Translations under genes and position numbers: made by a program | The notes under the pieces: model-generated | What the model was told of the DNA's origin: nothing | The model's input: only the letters and a program-made list of their open reading frames with translations | Databases searched by the model: none | Shown: piece by piece, positions 28,139 to 37,884 of the stretch | Layout of the letters: each line of letters starts with the position of its first letter | Position numbering within the stretch: position 1 is the stretch's first letter | From: Alphaproteobacteria bacterium | Lineage (GTDB): Bacteria > Pseudomonadota > Alphaproteobacteria > SHVV01 | DNA: 49,332 bases | Reading direction: 5' to 3' | Assembly: GCA_009694095.1 (NCBI GenBank) | Contig: SHVV01000003.1 | Location: 1 to 49,332, forward strand

Positions 28139-29482
28139 TTAAGACCGCGGGATCGCCTCGTTGAGCTTCCGCATCGCCGCGACGAACGCTTCCGGCCGAT
28201 AAGCTTCGTCCTTCGCCGTCGCGTCGTACGCCTCGTTCAAGGTATTGATCATCTTTTTGTGCTGAGCGTCGTTGACGAGGCCCGACTGTTTCATCGCATT
28301 GATGATCGCCGAAAGCGCCATCGTCGCTTGCTCCGCCGTCGCATAGTCGACGAATTCACCCTTCATGCCCTCTTGGGTGACGCCGCTCAGAAGCGCTTCC
28401 ATGTCTTTGCGCTCGAAGGTGTGCTTGGCGAACCGGTCGACCAGCTGCGCGACAATCGCCAGCATCTCCTTGGCGGCATCGGCCGTTTGCTGCGGGCTCT
28501 GGGTCGAAGCCTGATGCAACTTAACCGTAGAGTCGCGGAGCCGTTGTCCGGACGGCTCATCGACCTGCGTTGCAATGATGCGCAGCATGATCATGTTCGC
28601 GTCGTTGAGCCGAATGATGCCCGGCCCGAGCTTGGCGCTTTCACGCCGTTGCCAGCGTACGTTGCTCATCGGGTGATGGCACGCGTGGCAGTCGAACAGC
28701 ACGAGCTCGGGGAAAATACCGTCGTGGCTTCGGGTCGGCGACGTCAAGGCCTCAAGGAGCCCGCGGAGTTGAATTGCTTGACCGATCGCCCAGGTCTGAA
28801 CGCCGTTCAGGACCGGCTTGCGCTTGCGATAGTCGGCATCGACGACGAAGTGCGCCGGCTGGATGGCGGTAAACGTGTCGAGCTCAAAGCTCATGCGTGG
28901 ATGGCCGGCACCCATAATGCGGTGGGTGACGAACTTGGTTTCGTTGCCGAAGTGGCACGACAGGCAAAGCTCGGCTCGCTTAACCGGGTCGGTGGTTGGA
29001 TACATGCCGTTCTTCAGATTGTCGGCGTGACCGGCCGTGCCCGAGATGTGAATGCCGAGCCAGCGTACCGCACCGCCATGACACGCCTCGCACCCAACGC
29101 CATCCGATACCTGGTAGGTGCGGCCGCGCGCTTCGGGGGCGGGACTGTCGGCGTGACAATCGAGGCAAATCTTCGCCGTATGGGCGTTGGGAAGCCCCAA
29201 ATTGGCGGCAATCCGTTTTGAGCGCTCGTTATGCAGCACCTCGAACGCTTTGGCGTGCTTATCCTGACGCGTCCAGGTGACGTATTCGTTTTGCTGAACG
29301 TTGGCGTCCTTCCATGGCGTGACCGCGCCGTGGCACGTGGAGCCGGCGCAACTGGCGACGCCGAGGTGTACGTCTTTGCTCTGGGACGGCAATTGCTGGC
29401 CAACAGCAGCCCACGCGAGAACGCTCGCGAAAAGGCCGACGACAAGGAATGAGCGAAGGGTCATCCCCAAGCGCCGCGTCAT
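28139..29482 (-). CDS. Periplasmic pentaheme c-type cytochrome (c554/c552-like N-terminal domain + helical C-terminus)
   Basis: RBS GGGAGG before ATG29482; signal peptide; CAGSTCH (Cx4CH), CLDCH, GVGCEACHG, CLSCH, CHACH; W...KHAKAF motif. Confidence 0.87.
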   Translation of the reverse strand: MTRRLGMTLRSFLVVGLFASVLAWAAVGQQLPSQSKDVHLGVASCAGSTCHGAVTPWKDANVQQNEYVTWTRQDKHAKAFEVLHNERSKRIAANLGLPNAHTAKICLDCHADSPAPEARGRTYQVSDGVGCEACHGGAVRWLGIHISGTAGHADNLKNGMYPTTDPVKRAELCLSCHFGNETKFVTHRIMGAGHPRMSFELDTFTAIQPAHFVVDADYRKRKPVLNGVQTWAIGQAIQLRGLLEALTSPTRSHDGIFPELVLFDCHACHHPMSNVRWQRRESAKLGPGIIRLNDANMIMLRIIATQVDEPSGQRLRDSTVKLHQASTQSPQQTADAAKEMLAIVAQLVDRFAKHTFERKDMEALLSGVTQEGMKGEFVDYATAEQATMALSAIINAMKQSGLVNDAQHKKMINTLNEAYDATAKDEAYRPEAFVAAMRKLNEAIPRS

Positions 29483-29571
29483 GATTCCTCCCTGAAACTT
29501 GTCTCTTCCGAACGCTCTCACTGCTTCAATACTATGGCGCGCTCCCGGGCAATGATAAAGCCTTAAGTCGG

Positions 29572-30327
29572 ATGCCGGAACTACCCTTGCAATCGATTCT
29601 CATTATCGCCGCGGCGCCGTTTTTCGGCAGTTTTATCGCGACTGTTGCCCGCCGTTTGCCGGCCGGATCGAGCATCGTCTTTGGCCGATCGCGATGCCCC
29701 TACTGCCAAGCGGTGCTATCACCGCGGGACCTCGTTCCGGTCCTCAGTTGGGCGCTCGCGAAGGGCCGTTGCCGTCTGTGCGGACATGCGCTCGGCGGCT
29801 ACTATCCGGCGGTCGAATTGATTGCGCTCGCGATCGCCGCGGTTGCGGTTACCTTTTTCACGGGGCCCTGGTCTTGGGTCGCGGCATCGTTTGGTTGGGC
29901 GCTGCTCGCGCTCGCGGCGGCCGATGCCGACTCTTTCACGCTGCCCGACTCGATCACGCTCCCGCTAATACCAACCGGCCTCGCCGCCGCGTGGGGGCTC
30001 GATCCCGATCGACTTCTTATGCACGCACTGGCCGCCGTGGGTGGGTTCGTTTGTTTCGCCGCGATTACGGTCGCTTACCGCGCGATTCGCCACCGCGATG
30101 GCCTCGGTTGGGGTGACGCCAAGCTCATGGCCGCCGCCGGCGCTTGGGTAGGGCCCTGGCCGCTGCCCTCGATCGTTCTCGCCGCTGCACTCGCGGCGCT
30201 CTCGGTCGTTGCGGTCAGCCGCCTTCGCGGCCGTAGCATCGAGGCGACGGAACAGGTACCCCTTGGCCTCTACCTCGCTCCGGCGATATGGGCCGCTTGG
30301 GTGGCCGAGCGTACCGGCGCGCTCTAG
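29572..30327 (+). CDS. gspO: Prepilin peptidase (A24 family)
   Basis: FFGSFI..RSRCPYC..DLVPVLSW..GRCRLC, catalytic AADADSFTLPD and GLGWGDAKL. Confidence 0.92.
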   Translation: MPELPLQSILIIAAAPFFGSFIATVARRLPAGSSIVFGRSRCPYCQAVLSPRDLVPVLSWALAKGRCRLCGHALGGYYPAVELIALAIAAVAVTFFTGPWSWVAASFGWALLALAAADADSFTLPDSITLPLIPTGLAAAWGLDPDRLLMHALAAVGGFVCFAAITVAYRAIRHRDGLGWGDAKLMAAAGAWVGPWPLPSIVLAAALAALSVVAVSRLRGRSIEATEQVPLGLYLAPAIWAAWVAERTGAL

Positions 30328-30406
30328 CAGTGTTCGCTCGAATGGCGCGGCCGCGCAGGTCCGGTTAAGATACCGCGGTAACTCACGATTTCAGGTGCTG
30401 ACCGCG

Positions 30407-32080
30407 ATGCCCCGCGAACTTGCGGACATATTGATCGATTCCGGCAAGCTCGACGCGCAGGCCCTCGACCGGGCGCTAGCTCTGGGCCGTTCAACCGGCG
30501 AGCGGACCGACGTCGTTCTCACTCGACTCGGGCTCGTTTCCGAGGACGACATGGCCCAAGCGCTGGCTGAGTTCCTGGGGCTGCGCGTCGCTCGTGCAGA
30601 ACACTATCCCGACGTGCCGGTCCTCACCGGACGGGTAACGCCGCGCTTCCTGCGCGAAGCGCGCGTACTACCGCTCGAAGAGCGCGAAACCGGTCTCACG
30701 CTAGCGATGGCCGACCCGCTCGATCGCTATGCGCTCGACGCGATGGGACTGCTGATCGGTAAAAAAATCGAGCGGTGGGTTGCGGTCCCCGCCGAGTTGG
30801 AGCGGGCGTTGGCCCGGCTGTACGGCGAGGGCGGTGCGACCGCGGAGAAGCCTGTGGCGGACGCCCGCGACCTATATTCCGCCGACGCGGCGCGGCTACG
30901 AGATCGCGCAAGCGATGCGCCGGCGATCCGCGCCGTCGACCAAATGATCGAAGACGCCACCGCCGAACGCGCATCCGATATCCACCTCGAACCGCTGGTC
31001 GATCGCATCCGCGTTCGCTTTCGGATCGATGGCATGTTGCGCGAACGGCCGGCGCCAATGGCCGCGGTGCGCACTGCCATCGTCAATCGGATCAAGGTCA
31101 TGGCCGGTTTGAATACGGCCGAACGGCGGTTGGCGCAGGACGGGCGTATCCGAACCAGTGTACGCGGTCGAGAGCTCGACATCCGCGTTTCGATCATTCC
31201 GGTCCAATACGGCGAGAGCGTCGTTCTACGCCTCCTCGACAAGTCACACGGTCCGGTCGATTTCGATCGGCTCGGCTTCGCACCTGACCTGGCGGCCAAG
31301 CTCGGCGACCTGCTCGCGCTGTCGCATGGACTAGTCCTGGTCACGGGACCGGTCGGCAGCGGTAAGACGACGACGCTCTACGCCGGCCTCAAGCGCCTGA
31401 ACTCAAGCGAACGTAAGATCGTAACCGCAGAGGATCCGATCGAGTACGAACTTCCCGGCATTAATCAAACGCAGGTCAAGCCGGCGATCGGCTTTACGTT
31501 CGCCGACGTGCTTCGGGCAACGCTGCGTCACGATCCCGACGTTTTGATGATTGGCGAAATCCGCGACCGAGAGACGGCGGAGATCAGCGTCCAAGCGGCT
31601 CTCACCGGGCACCTTGTTCTCACGACTCTACACACCAACGACGCAGCGAGCGCGGTGACCAGGCTCCTCGACATGGGAATCGAGAGTTTCCTTCTCGCCT
31701 CGGTTTTGCGGGCTGTTGTCGCACAGCGCCTGGTTCGAACGCTGTGCCTTGCGTGTCGTGCGCCTTACCGGCCGAGCGCCGAGGAGGCCGCCTACGCCGG
31801 AATAGCGCCGACGGCCGACGGCCAAATGCCGGACTTTTTTCACGCGGTCGGCTGTCCCGCTTGCGGCGGCACCGGCTATTCCGGTCGTACCGTAGTTGCC
31901 GAATTGCTCCCGGTTGATGAAGTAGTGCGCCCACTTATTCTCCAACGCGCCGATTGGCATACCATCGCGCGGGCGGTGGGCGCGGCCGGCGTTCGTAGTT
32001 TGGCCGCCGACGGTTTTGCCAAAGTGCGTGCCGGCGTGACAACCATTGCCGAAATCGTCCGTGTCACGCGGACTGTTTAG
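30407..32080 (+). CDS. gspE: Type II secretion ATPase
   Basis: ASDIHLEP, AERRLAQDGRI, TGPVGSGKTTTLY, EDPIEY, LRHDPDVLMIGEIRD, ALTGHLVLTTLHTND, CxxC..CxxC. Confidence 0.95.
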   Translation: MPRELADILIDSGKLDAQALDRALALGRSTGERTDVVLTRLGLVSEDDMAQALAEFLGLRVARAEHYPDVPVLTGRVTPRFLREARVLPLEERETGLTLAMADPLDRYALDAMGLLIGKKIERWVAVPAELERALARLYGEGGATAEKPVADARDLYSADAARLRDRASDAPAIRAVDQMIEDATAERASDIHLEPLVDRIRVRFRIDGMLRERPAPMAAVRTAIVNRIKVMAGLNTAERRLAQDGRIRTSVRGRELDIRVSIIPVQYGESVVLRLLDKSHGPVDFDRLGFAPDLAAKLGDLLALSHGLVLVTGPVGSGKTTTLYAGLKRLNSSERKIVTAEDPIEYELPGINQTQVKPAIGFTFADVLRATLRHDPDVLMIGEIRDRETAEISVQAALTGHLVLTTLHTNDAASAVTRLLDMGIESFLLASVLRAVVAQRLVRTLCLACRAPYRPSAEEAAYAGIAPTADGQMPDFFHAVGCPACGGTGYSGRTVVAELLPVDEVVRPLILQRADWHTIARAVGAAGVRSLAADGFAKVRAGVTTIAEIVRVTRTV

Positions 32081-33328
32081 GTGCCGCGCTTTCGGTATAA
32101 GGCGGCCGAGCCGACCGGCGAGACCGTCGAGGGCGAACTTGAAGCGGCCAACGAGGCAGCGGTGATCGCGTCTCTCCGAACCGGCGATCGAGTTCCAATC
32201 CGCATCGTCGAGGTCGCGGCAGATGGGTCCAGAGGGTCGCGATTTTTCACCGGTCTTTTTCGCGTGTTGCAGCGGCCGATCGGCGCCGGCAGCGGGGTCG
32301 CCCCGCGCGATATCGCTGCGTTGACCAGCGAACTTGCGCAGTTGCTCCGTGCCGGCCTTGCTCTCGACCGCGCGCTTGTCGTAATTGCTGCAGCGGCGAC
32401 AGCAGTGCCACTGAAGGCGCTCGCGATTCGACTTGCGGGACGGGTTCGACGTGGACAAACGCTGTCGGCGGCCCTCGAGGCGGAACGCCCGGCGATACCG
32501 AGCCTCGCCGTCGCACTCGTTCGCGGCGGCGAAGCGAGCGGAGCGCTGCCGCTCGTTCTTGAACAATATGCTGCGTATGCCGCCCGCAACGACGACACCA
32601 AGGAAGCGATTCGCTCCGCGTTAACGTACCCCTGCATCGTGCTTGTCGCTGCCGCTCTATCGGTCATTGTTCTGTTGGTTTTCGTGATGCCCGAATTCGC
32701 GCGGATGTTTCGCGAAACCGGACAACAACTTCCGTTCTCGACGCGCATCGTTGTCGGGATAGCCGGTTTTCTTGGCGACTTCGGCTGGCTGCTGGCGCTC
32801 GGCCTAGTCCTCGCTGGCATCGCCACGGCCGGCGCGCTTGACGATCAAGGTCGGGCCGAGCGCTTCGACGGGGCGTTGCTACGCACACCGATCGTCGGCG
32901 ACCTCATCGTACGGCTCGATGTCGAACGGCTGGCACGCAGCCTGGCCATGCTACTCGGCGGCGGCATCCCTCTTGCCGAAGCGTTGCCGATGGCTGCCGA
33001 AGCGGTGCGCAATCGAGCGTTCGCACGCGCCGTCGCCAACGTTGCAGCCCGGGTACGCGAGGGGATATCGTTTTCGGCAGCAACCCGGAGCGAACCTTTG
33101 ATGCCGGTCCGTCTAGTCGAATTGGCGCTCATCGCCGATGAAATTGGTCGGCTCGACGCCGTGATGGGCCGCGTCGCGGACATCTACCGGCAAGATCTCG
33201 AACGATCCCTGAAACGAATCGCCGGGTTGCTCGAGCCGGCGCTTGTCCTCGTTCTCGGCGTGGTTATCGGAGCGATTGTCATTTCGATTTTCTCGGCCAT
33301 CGTCGGACTCAATGCGCTCGCGATATAG
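32081..33328 (+). CDS. gspF: Type II secretion inner-membrane platform protein
   Basis: MPRFRYKA..G..EA, LLRAGLALDRAL, GEASGAL, SALTYP, LLEPAL. Confidence 0.93.
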   Translation: MPRFRYKAAEPTGETVEGELEAANEAAVIASLRTGDRVPIRIVEVAADGSRGSRFFTGLFRVLQRPIGAGSGVAPRDIAALTSELAQLLRAGLALDRALVVIAAAATAVPLKALAIRLAGRVRRGQTLSAALEAERPAIPSLAVALVRGGEASGALPLVLEQYAAYAARNDDTKEAIRSALTYPCIVLVAAALSVIVLLVFVMPEFARMFRETGQQLPFSTRIVVGIAGFLGDFGWLLALGLVLAGIATAGALDDQGRAERFDGALLRTPIVGDLIVRLDVERLARSLAMLLGGGIPLAEALPMAAEAVRNRAFARAVANVAARVREGISFSAATRSEPLMPVRLVELALIADEIGRLDAVMGRVADIYRQDLERSLKRIAGLLEPALVLVLGVVIGAIVISIFSAIVGLNALAI

Positions 33329-33764
33329 CGCCCATCCCGATCGCTCGCGCTGGCGCGTCGCGGGCTACACTTTGATCGAACTCCTGGTCGTGCTGGTAAT
33401 TCTGGGCTTGCTGGTCGGGGTCGTCGGGCCGCAGATTTTCCCTTACCTCGGACGCGGTAAGTCGGAAACCGCCGCGCTGCAAATCAAGAGCCTCGAAGCT
33501 GCGATCGACCTGTTCCGCCTCGACGTTCTGCGGCTTCCAACCCAGCAAGAGGGCCTTGAGGTGCTGGTCAAGAAACCCGAGGGCGTCAGTCGTTGGACCG
33601 GCCCCTACCTCAAGGGCGGAAGAATCCCACTCGATCCGTGGGACCGCGCCTACGTTTACCGCATCCCAAGTCTGAGCGGCGGCGACTACGATCTGTTTTC
33701 GCTCGGCGCCGATGGTCGCGAAGGCGGCGAAGGTGAAAACCGCGACATCACGAACCGCCCTTGA
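33312..33764 (+). CDS. gspG: Major pseudopilin
   Basis: GYTLIELLVVLVILGLL; PTQQEGLEVLV..WTGPYL..PLDPWDRAYVY..SLGADGREGGEGENRDI. Confidence 0.95.
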   Translation: MRSRYSAHPDRSRWRVAGYTLIELLVVLVILGLLVGVVGPQIFPYLGRGKSETAALQIKSLEAAIDLFRLDVLRLPTQQEGLEVLVKKPEGVSRWTGPYLKGGRIPLDPWDRAYVYRIPSLSGGDYDLFSLGADGREGGEGENRDITNRP

Positions 33765-33777
33765 TCGACCCCGCTAC

Positions 33778-34209
33778 GTGTCGAACGCCGGTTTCACGTT
33801 GTTTGAGCTGCTCGTCGTCGTCGCGATCGCAGCGATTGCAATTGCAATCGTTGGCCCCGTGGTTGGGCCGGGCACCCGGAGCGGTCTGACGACGACAGTC
33901 CGCGATCTCGGCGCTGCGTTGCGCGAAGCACGTAATGTCGCGATCGCAACAAATCGAGTCGTGGTAGTCGAAATCGACGCCGCCAGCGGGACGCTGCGCT
34001 ATGTCGGGATTGCCGGCCCGGTCGTACGACGGCTTGGCGCGGCGGTGTCCTTGACGGCACCGGGCGGCGGCGCAGCGATTGCCACCTCCCGGCTCTGGTT
34101 CTCGCCCGACGGCAGCGCCACCGGGATGACGATTGCGATCGTACGCGGTGCCGACCGGATGGTGGTCGATGTCGAGAGCCTGACGGGACGCATTCGTGTC
34201 GCGCTATAG
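33778..34209 (+). CDS. gspH: Minor pseudopilin
   Basis: GFTLFELLVVVAI, LREARNVAI, WFSPDGSATG, SLTGRI; start approximate (GTG33778). Confidence 0.85.
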   Translation: MSNAGFTLFELLVVVAIAAIAIAIVGPVVGPGTRSGLTTTVRDLGAALREARNVAIATNRVVVVEIDAASGTLRYVGIAGPVVRRLGAAVSLTAPGGGAAIATSRLWFSPDGSATGMTIAIVRGADRMVVDVESLTGRIRVAL

Positions 34210-34618
34210 CAACGTGCTTGGCCGAGCGGGCGGGTTCACGCTGCTCGAAGTCTTGGTGGCGTTTGTGGTGATCGCCGCGACCCTCGGCGCCGTATACTCG
34301 CTGATCGGTCAAGGCACGCGCGGGCTAGCGGCAGCCGATGAGCGCCTCCTCGCGGCTGCGATTGCCGATTCCGAACTGGCGCGCGCGACGATGGAAGCGC
34401 CGCTGGTGGCCGGAGCATACGAATCGATGTTCGACCAGCGGCTGCGCGTTCGAACCCGAGTGGCGCCGTATAGCGAGCTCGTCGAGCGGCTCAAGTCCGC
34501 GCCGATTGCGGCTTTTCTGGTCGAGGTCACCGTAACTCGGGTCGGTAACGTCGAACCGATCGCACGGGTCGCCACGATTCGATTGGCGCCGCGCCAAGGG
34601 CCAGCACGTGCCGAATAG
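34196..34618 (+). CDS. gspI: Minor pseudopilin
   Basis: GFTLLEVLVAFVV; operon position. Confidence 0.85.
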   Translation: MSRYSNVLGRAGGFTLLEVLVAFVVIAATLGAVYSLIGQGTRGLAAADERLLAAAIADSELARATMEAPLVAGAYESMFDQRLRVRTRVAPYSELVERLKSAPIAAFLVEVTVTRVGNVEPIARVATIRLAPRQGPARAE

Positions 34619-35237
34619 AGCCTGCCAGGAGCCGACGCGGCGCCCAGCGAGAGCCGCTGGATTTACGTTGCTCGAACTCCTGGTCGCGATGAGCGTGCTA
34701 GCGCTTGTCCTCGCCCTTGGTGTCGCCGGCGTCCGCCTCGGTGCGATCGGTGTGGGCCGGGCAGAAGCGGTGCAGAACGGACTCGAAGAACTTCGCGTCG
34801 TTCATACCTTTGTGCGTGATCGCATCGCCGAGGCTTTGCCGGTCATCGAGGGAGAGCCGCCGACGGTCGTCTTTGCTGGACGTAGCGACAGCCTGGGCGT
34901 GGTGGCGATTTTCCCAACGCAAAGCGATATGCCAGGATTCCGTCGGGTCGACTTCGGCGTCGCACGGCGTGGTGTGGTTTACGACCTGGTATTTACCGAA
35001 ATGTCGCTCGGCTTATCGTCGCGGCCGGTACCCCGAGTGCTGGCGACCGGATTTTCGAGCGTCCGATTCGCCTATTTTGGCGCCAAACCACCGGATGAGC
35101 GGCCGCGCTGGCATGACGAATGGGAGAAGCAGGGGGCGCTGCCAAAACTTGTCCGGCTTTCGTTCGATCGTCACTCAGGAATCCGACCGTGGCCTCCTCT
35201 GATCGTCGCCCCGGCGCTCGATCGCGAAATACGATGA
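34608..35237 (+). CDS. gspJ: Minor pseudopilin
   Basis: GFTLLELLVAMSVL, RFAYFG..WHDEW..LPKLVRL..WPPL. Confidence 0.88.
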   Translation: MPNRACQEPTRRPARAAGFTLLELLVAMSVLALVLALGVAGVRLGAIGVGRAEAVQNGLEELRVVHTFVRDRIAEALPVIEGEPPTVVFAGRSDSLGVVAIFPTQSDMPGFRRVDFGVARRGVVYDLVFTEMSLGLSSRPVPRVLATGFSSVRFAYFGAKPPDERPRWHDEWEKQGALPKLVRLSFDRHSGIRPWPPLIVAPALDREIR

Positions 35238-36127
35238 GTGAAAGACCAACAACTACGGAGCGTGAAAACGGCGTCGCACTTCTGGCCGCATTGTGGATAG
35301 TCGCGCTGATTGCGGCTTTGGCGGCGAGTTTTGCCGCCACAACGCGGACCGAATCGGCGCTGACTCGCAACCTCGCCGATCGCTGGCAAGCGCGCCACCG
35401 TGCCGAGGCCGGAATTCAAATCGCGGTCGCCCAACTTCTGGCCGCCGCTAGCCCACGCGCTTTCTGCGCCGATGGGCGTCCTTTCAAGGTCTCATTCGAG
35501 GGCTACGCCATCGAGGTGACGGTAACTGACGAAGGTGGCAAGATCGACCTCAACGAAGCGCCAACGACGTTATTGTCCCGTCTTTTTCGCGCTGTCGGCG
35601 CACCGGCTGACGAAGCAACGGCGATTGCTGACGCGACGGCCGATTGGCGCGACCGCGACAGCGATCGTCGGCCGTTCGGAGCTGAAAACGACGACTACCG
35701 TCGCGCCGGCTTGGCGGTTGGAGCCAAGAATGCGCCATTCGAAACGATTGCGGAGCTGGCGAGCGTCAAAGGCGTCACCGCCGCACTCTTCGAGCGCATA
35801 CGCCCGCATGTCACGGTCCACTCGCATTCACCCGGCCTCGATCCGCTGGTCTCGACCCCGCTTGCGCTAGCGGCGGTGCCAGGATTCAGCGCCGAGACAG
35901 CACGCGACTACGTGGCGATTCGGACCTGCACCGGCCCGCCCCCACCCCCGCTCCTCGAAGCGCAGCCCCACTTTGCACCGTCCGCGCACCTCGCCTACGC
36001 GGTCACCGCGATCGCCCACGGCGATGCCGGGACGACCGTCCATCGCGAAGCGGTTGTCGGCATAAACTTCACGGTGGAAAAACCGCTGCTTTTTCTCGAC
36101 TGGCGAACACTCTCAACCGCGCCGTAA
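35234..36127 (+). CDS. gspK: Minor pseudopilin
   Basis: GVALLAALWIVAL, DEGGKIDLN, DWRDRD..GAE..Y, KNAPFETIAEL..VKG. Confidence 0.92.
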   Translation: MSERPTTTERENGVALLAALWIVALIAALAASFAATTRTESALTRNLADRWQARHRAEAGIQIAVAQLLAAASPRAFCADGRPFKVSFEGYAIEVTVTDEGGKIDLNEAPTTLLSRLFRAVGAPADEATAIADATADWRDRDSDRRPFGAENDDYRRAGLAVGAKNAPFETIAELASVKGVTAALFERIRPHVTVHSHSPGLDPLVSTPLALAAVPGFSAETARDYVAIRTCTGPPPPPLLEAQPHFAPSAHLAYAVTAIAHGDAGTTVHREAVVGINFTVEKPLLFLDWRTLSTAP

Positions 36128-36174
36128 CGCCCTGATTCGTTGCCTGAGAGCAATACCAAGTGTAGCTTTCCAGT

Positions 36175-37317
36175 GTGTCGGGAAGACTTGAACAAACGCA
36201 AGCAGTCGCGAATACATCGGGGCTTAAGAAATCGGTCCGTGGCCAAGGCGTCGCCCGGACCGTCGCCGCCGCGCTAGCGTGGTGGGCCCACGAAATAGCG
36301 GCGTTTCTGCCGGTCACGGTCCGACGCTGGACCGGCATCGAGCCCGATCTCCTCGTCGTCGATCAGACAGCAAGCGGATTTGATGTCGGCGTCGATCGCG
36401 CCGGACGGTATAGCGCTCTTGGCGTGTTGGTGCTTTTAACATCGAACGACGACCCAGGGGGCCGGCTAAGCCAGTTCGCGCAGTTTATGCGCGCGACCGG
36501 CATCGGCGCGAAGCGCGTCGTATTGCGGCTCGGGCTCGATCGAGCGTTACGTAAGACGGTCGATCTGCCGCTCGCAGCCGAGGAGAATCTTCGCCAAGTT
36601 CTCGCCTACGAGATGGAAAGAGCCACTCCGTTTCGCCCTGACCAGGTCCGTTTCGTCCATGAGGTAAAGTCGCGTGATCGCATGAACAAGCGTCTGTTGG
36701 TCGAGCTGACGGCGGTGCCCTCCGACGTGGTGGCCGCCGCACTTGCCGAAGCCGCTCGCTTCGGGATCGCACCCCCCATTGCGGTTACCGGTCAACCCGG
36801 CACAGCGGTCGAGCGCAACGCCAACTTGACGCCGGAGAGCGGTTCCATCCGCCGCTACGGACCGCTCGATCGTTTGTTCGCCGCCGCCGCGGCCTTGCTT
36901 GTGGTCGCGATACTAGCGGTGCCCCTGATCCGCTACCAGATAGCACTCGCGGAAACAGAACAGCGCTTGGATATAGTGCGCGCCGGCGCCGAGGCCGCAT
37001 TGAAGAGTCGGGCCGAACTCGAGGCGGAATTGGCTGGCGCCGGTACAGTTTCCAGAATCAAAGCAGGGGCGCCCTCTCCAGTCCTCATTCTCGAGGAGCT
37101 CTCGCGCCTTCTTCCGGACGACACCTGGCTCGCGCAAGTCAATATCGCCGACGGGGAAATCGACATCGAGGGACTTGCACCTTCGGCCGCAGCGCTCGTG
37201 CCGATCCTTGAAGCATCGCCGTTGTTTGCCGATGTAAGATTCCGGACGCCGGTGATGCGCGATCCGCTCACAAGCCGCGAGCATTTCGCGCTCTCATTGA
37301 AGGCAGGTCAGCCGTGA
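36175..37317 (+). CDS. gspL: Type II secretion protein L (PilN-like C-terminus)
   Basis: AWWAHEI, LPLAAEENLRQVLAYEMERATPF, TM segment, LEELSRLLPDDTWL..IEGLA..LEASPLF; start uncertain. Confidence 0.85.
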   Translation: MSGRLEQTQAVANTSGLKKSVRGQGVARTVAAALAWWAHEIAAFLPVTVRRWTGIEPDLLVVDQTASGFDVGVDRAGRYSALGVLVLLTSNDDPGGRLSQFAQFMRATGIGAKRVVLRLGLDRALRKTVDLPLAAEENLRQVLAYEMERATPFRPDQVRFVHEVKSRDRMNKRLLVELTAVPSDVVAAALAEAARFGIAPPIAVTGQPGTAVERNANLTPESGSIRRYGPLDRLFAAAAALLVVAILAVPLIRYQIALAETEQRLDIVRAGAEAALKSRAELEAELAGAGTVSRIKAGAPSPVLILEELSRLLPDDTWLAQVNIADGEIDIEGLAPSAAALVPILEASPLFADVRFRTPVMRDPLTSREHFALSLKAGQP

Positions 37318-37883
37318 TCCTCCAAGTCGCCATCGGGCGATCGAGCGCCTATACGCGGATACTCGCGCTCGCAATCCTGGTGACCGCCATCTCGCTCGCC
37401 TATGCCGCGATCATCGATCCGGTTTTGGCCCGACTTTCCGAAAGCCGAGATGCGCTTGCTGTCGCCCGCGAACGAGTCGAGCGCTACGAGCGACTGGTGC
37501 GCGACGCCGGTCGGATCGAAACGTTGCTCAAAAACGCTAAGGTGCGCCGAGCGACAGGGTTGTTCATCGAGACCGGAACCGAGACGGCGGCGAGCGCTTT
37601 CCTGCAGGAGCACCTCAAGTTGATCGCAGCCGAGGCTGGTGCCGTCGCAACGAGCTTTTTTGCGCTACCGGTCGAGCGCCGGAATGATCACCGGATGGTG
37701 CCGTTGCGGATCGTTTTCTCTGCCGACACTCGCTCGCTGCAGCGGATACTATATGCGGTCGAGACGGATTCACCGGCGCTCGTCATCGACAAAATTTACA
37801 TCCACGCTCGGTCCGGTCGGGCGTCGGAAAGCCGGCCGCTCGACGTCGAGATGCAAGTCGTCGGATTTTTGCGGGCGTTTTGA
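37314..37883 (+). CDS. gspM: Type II secretion protein M (XpsM-like)
   Basis: TM + coiled coil; AASAFLQ..LQRILYAVET.SPALVID..LDVEMQVVGF. Confidence 0.82.
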   Translation: MILQVAIGRSSAYTRILALAILVTAISLAYAAIIDPVLARLSESRDALAVARERVERYERLVRDAGRIETLLKNAKVRRATGLFIETGTETAASAFLQEHLKLIAAEAGAVATSFFALPVERRNDHRMVPLRIVFSADTRSLQRILYAVETDSPALVIDKIYIHARSGRASESRPLDVEMQVVGFLRAF

Positions 37884-37884
37884 C

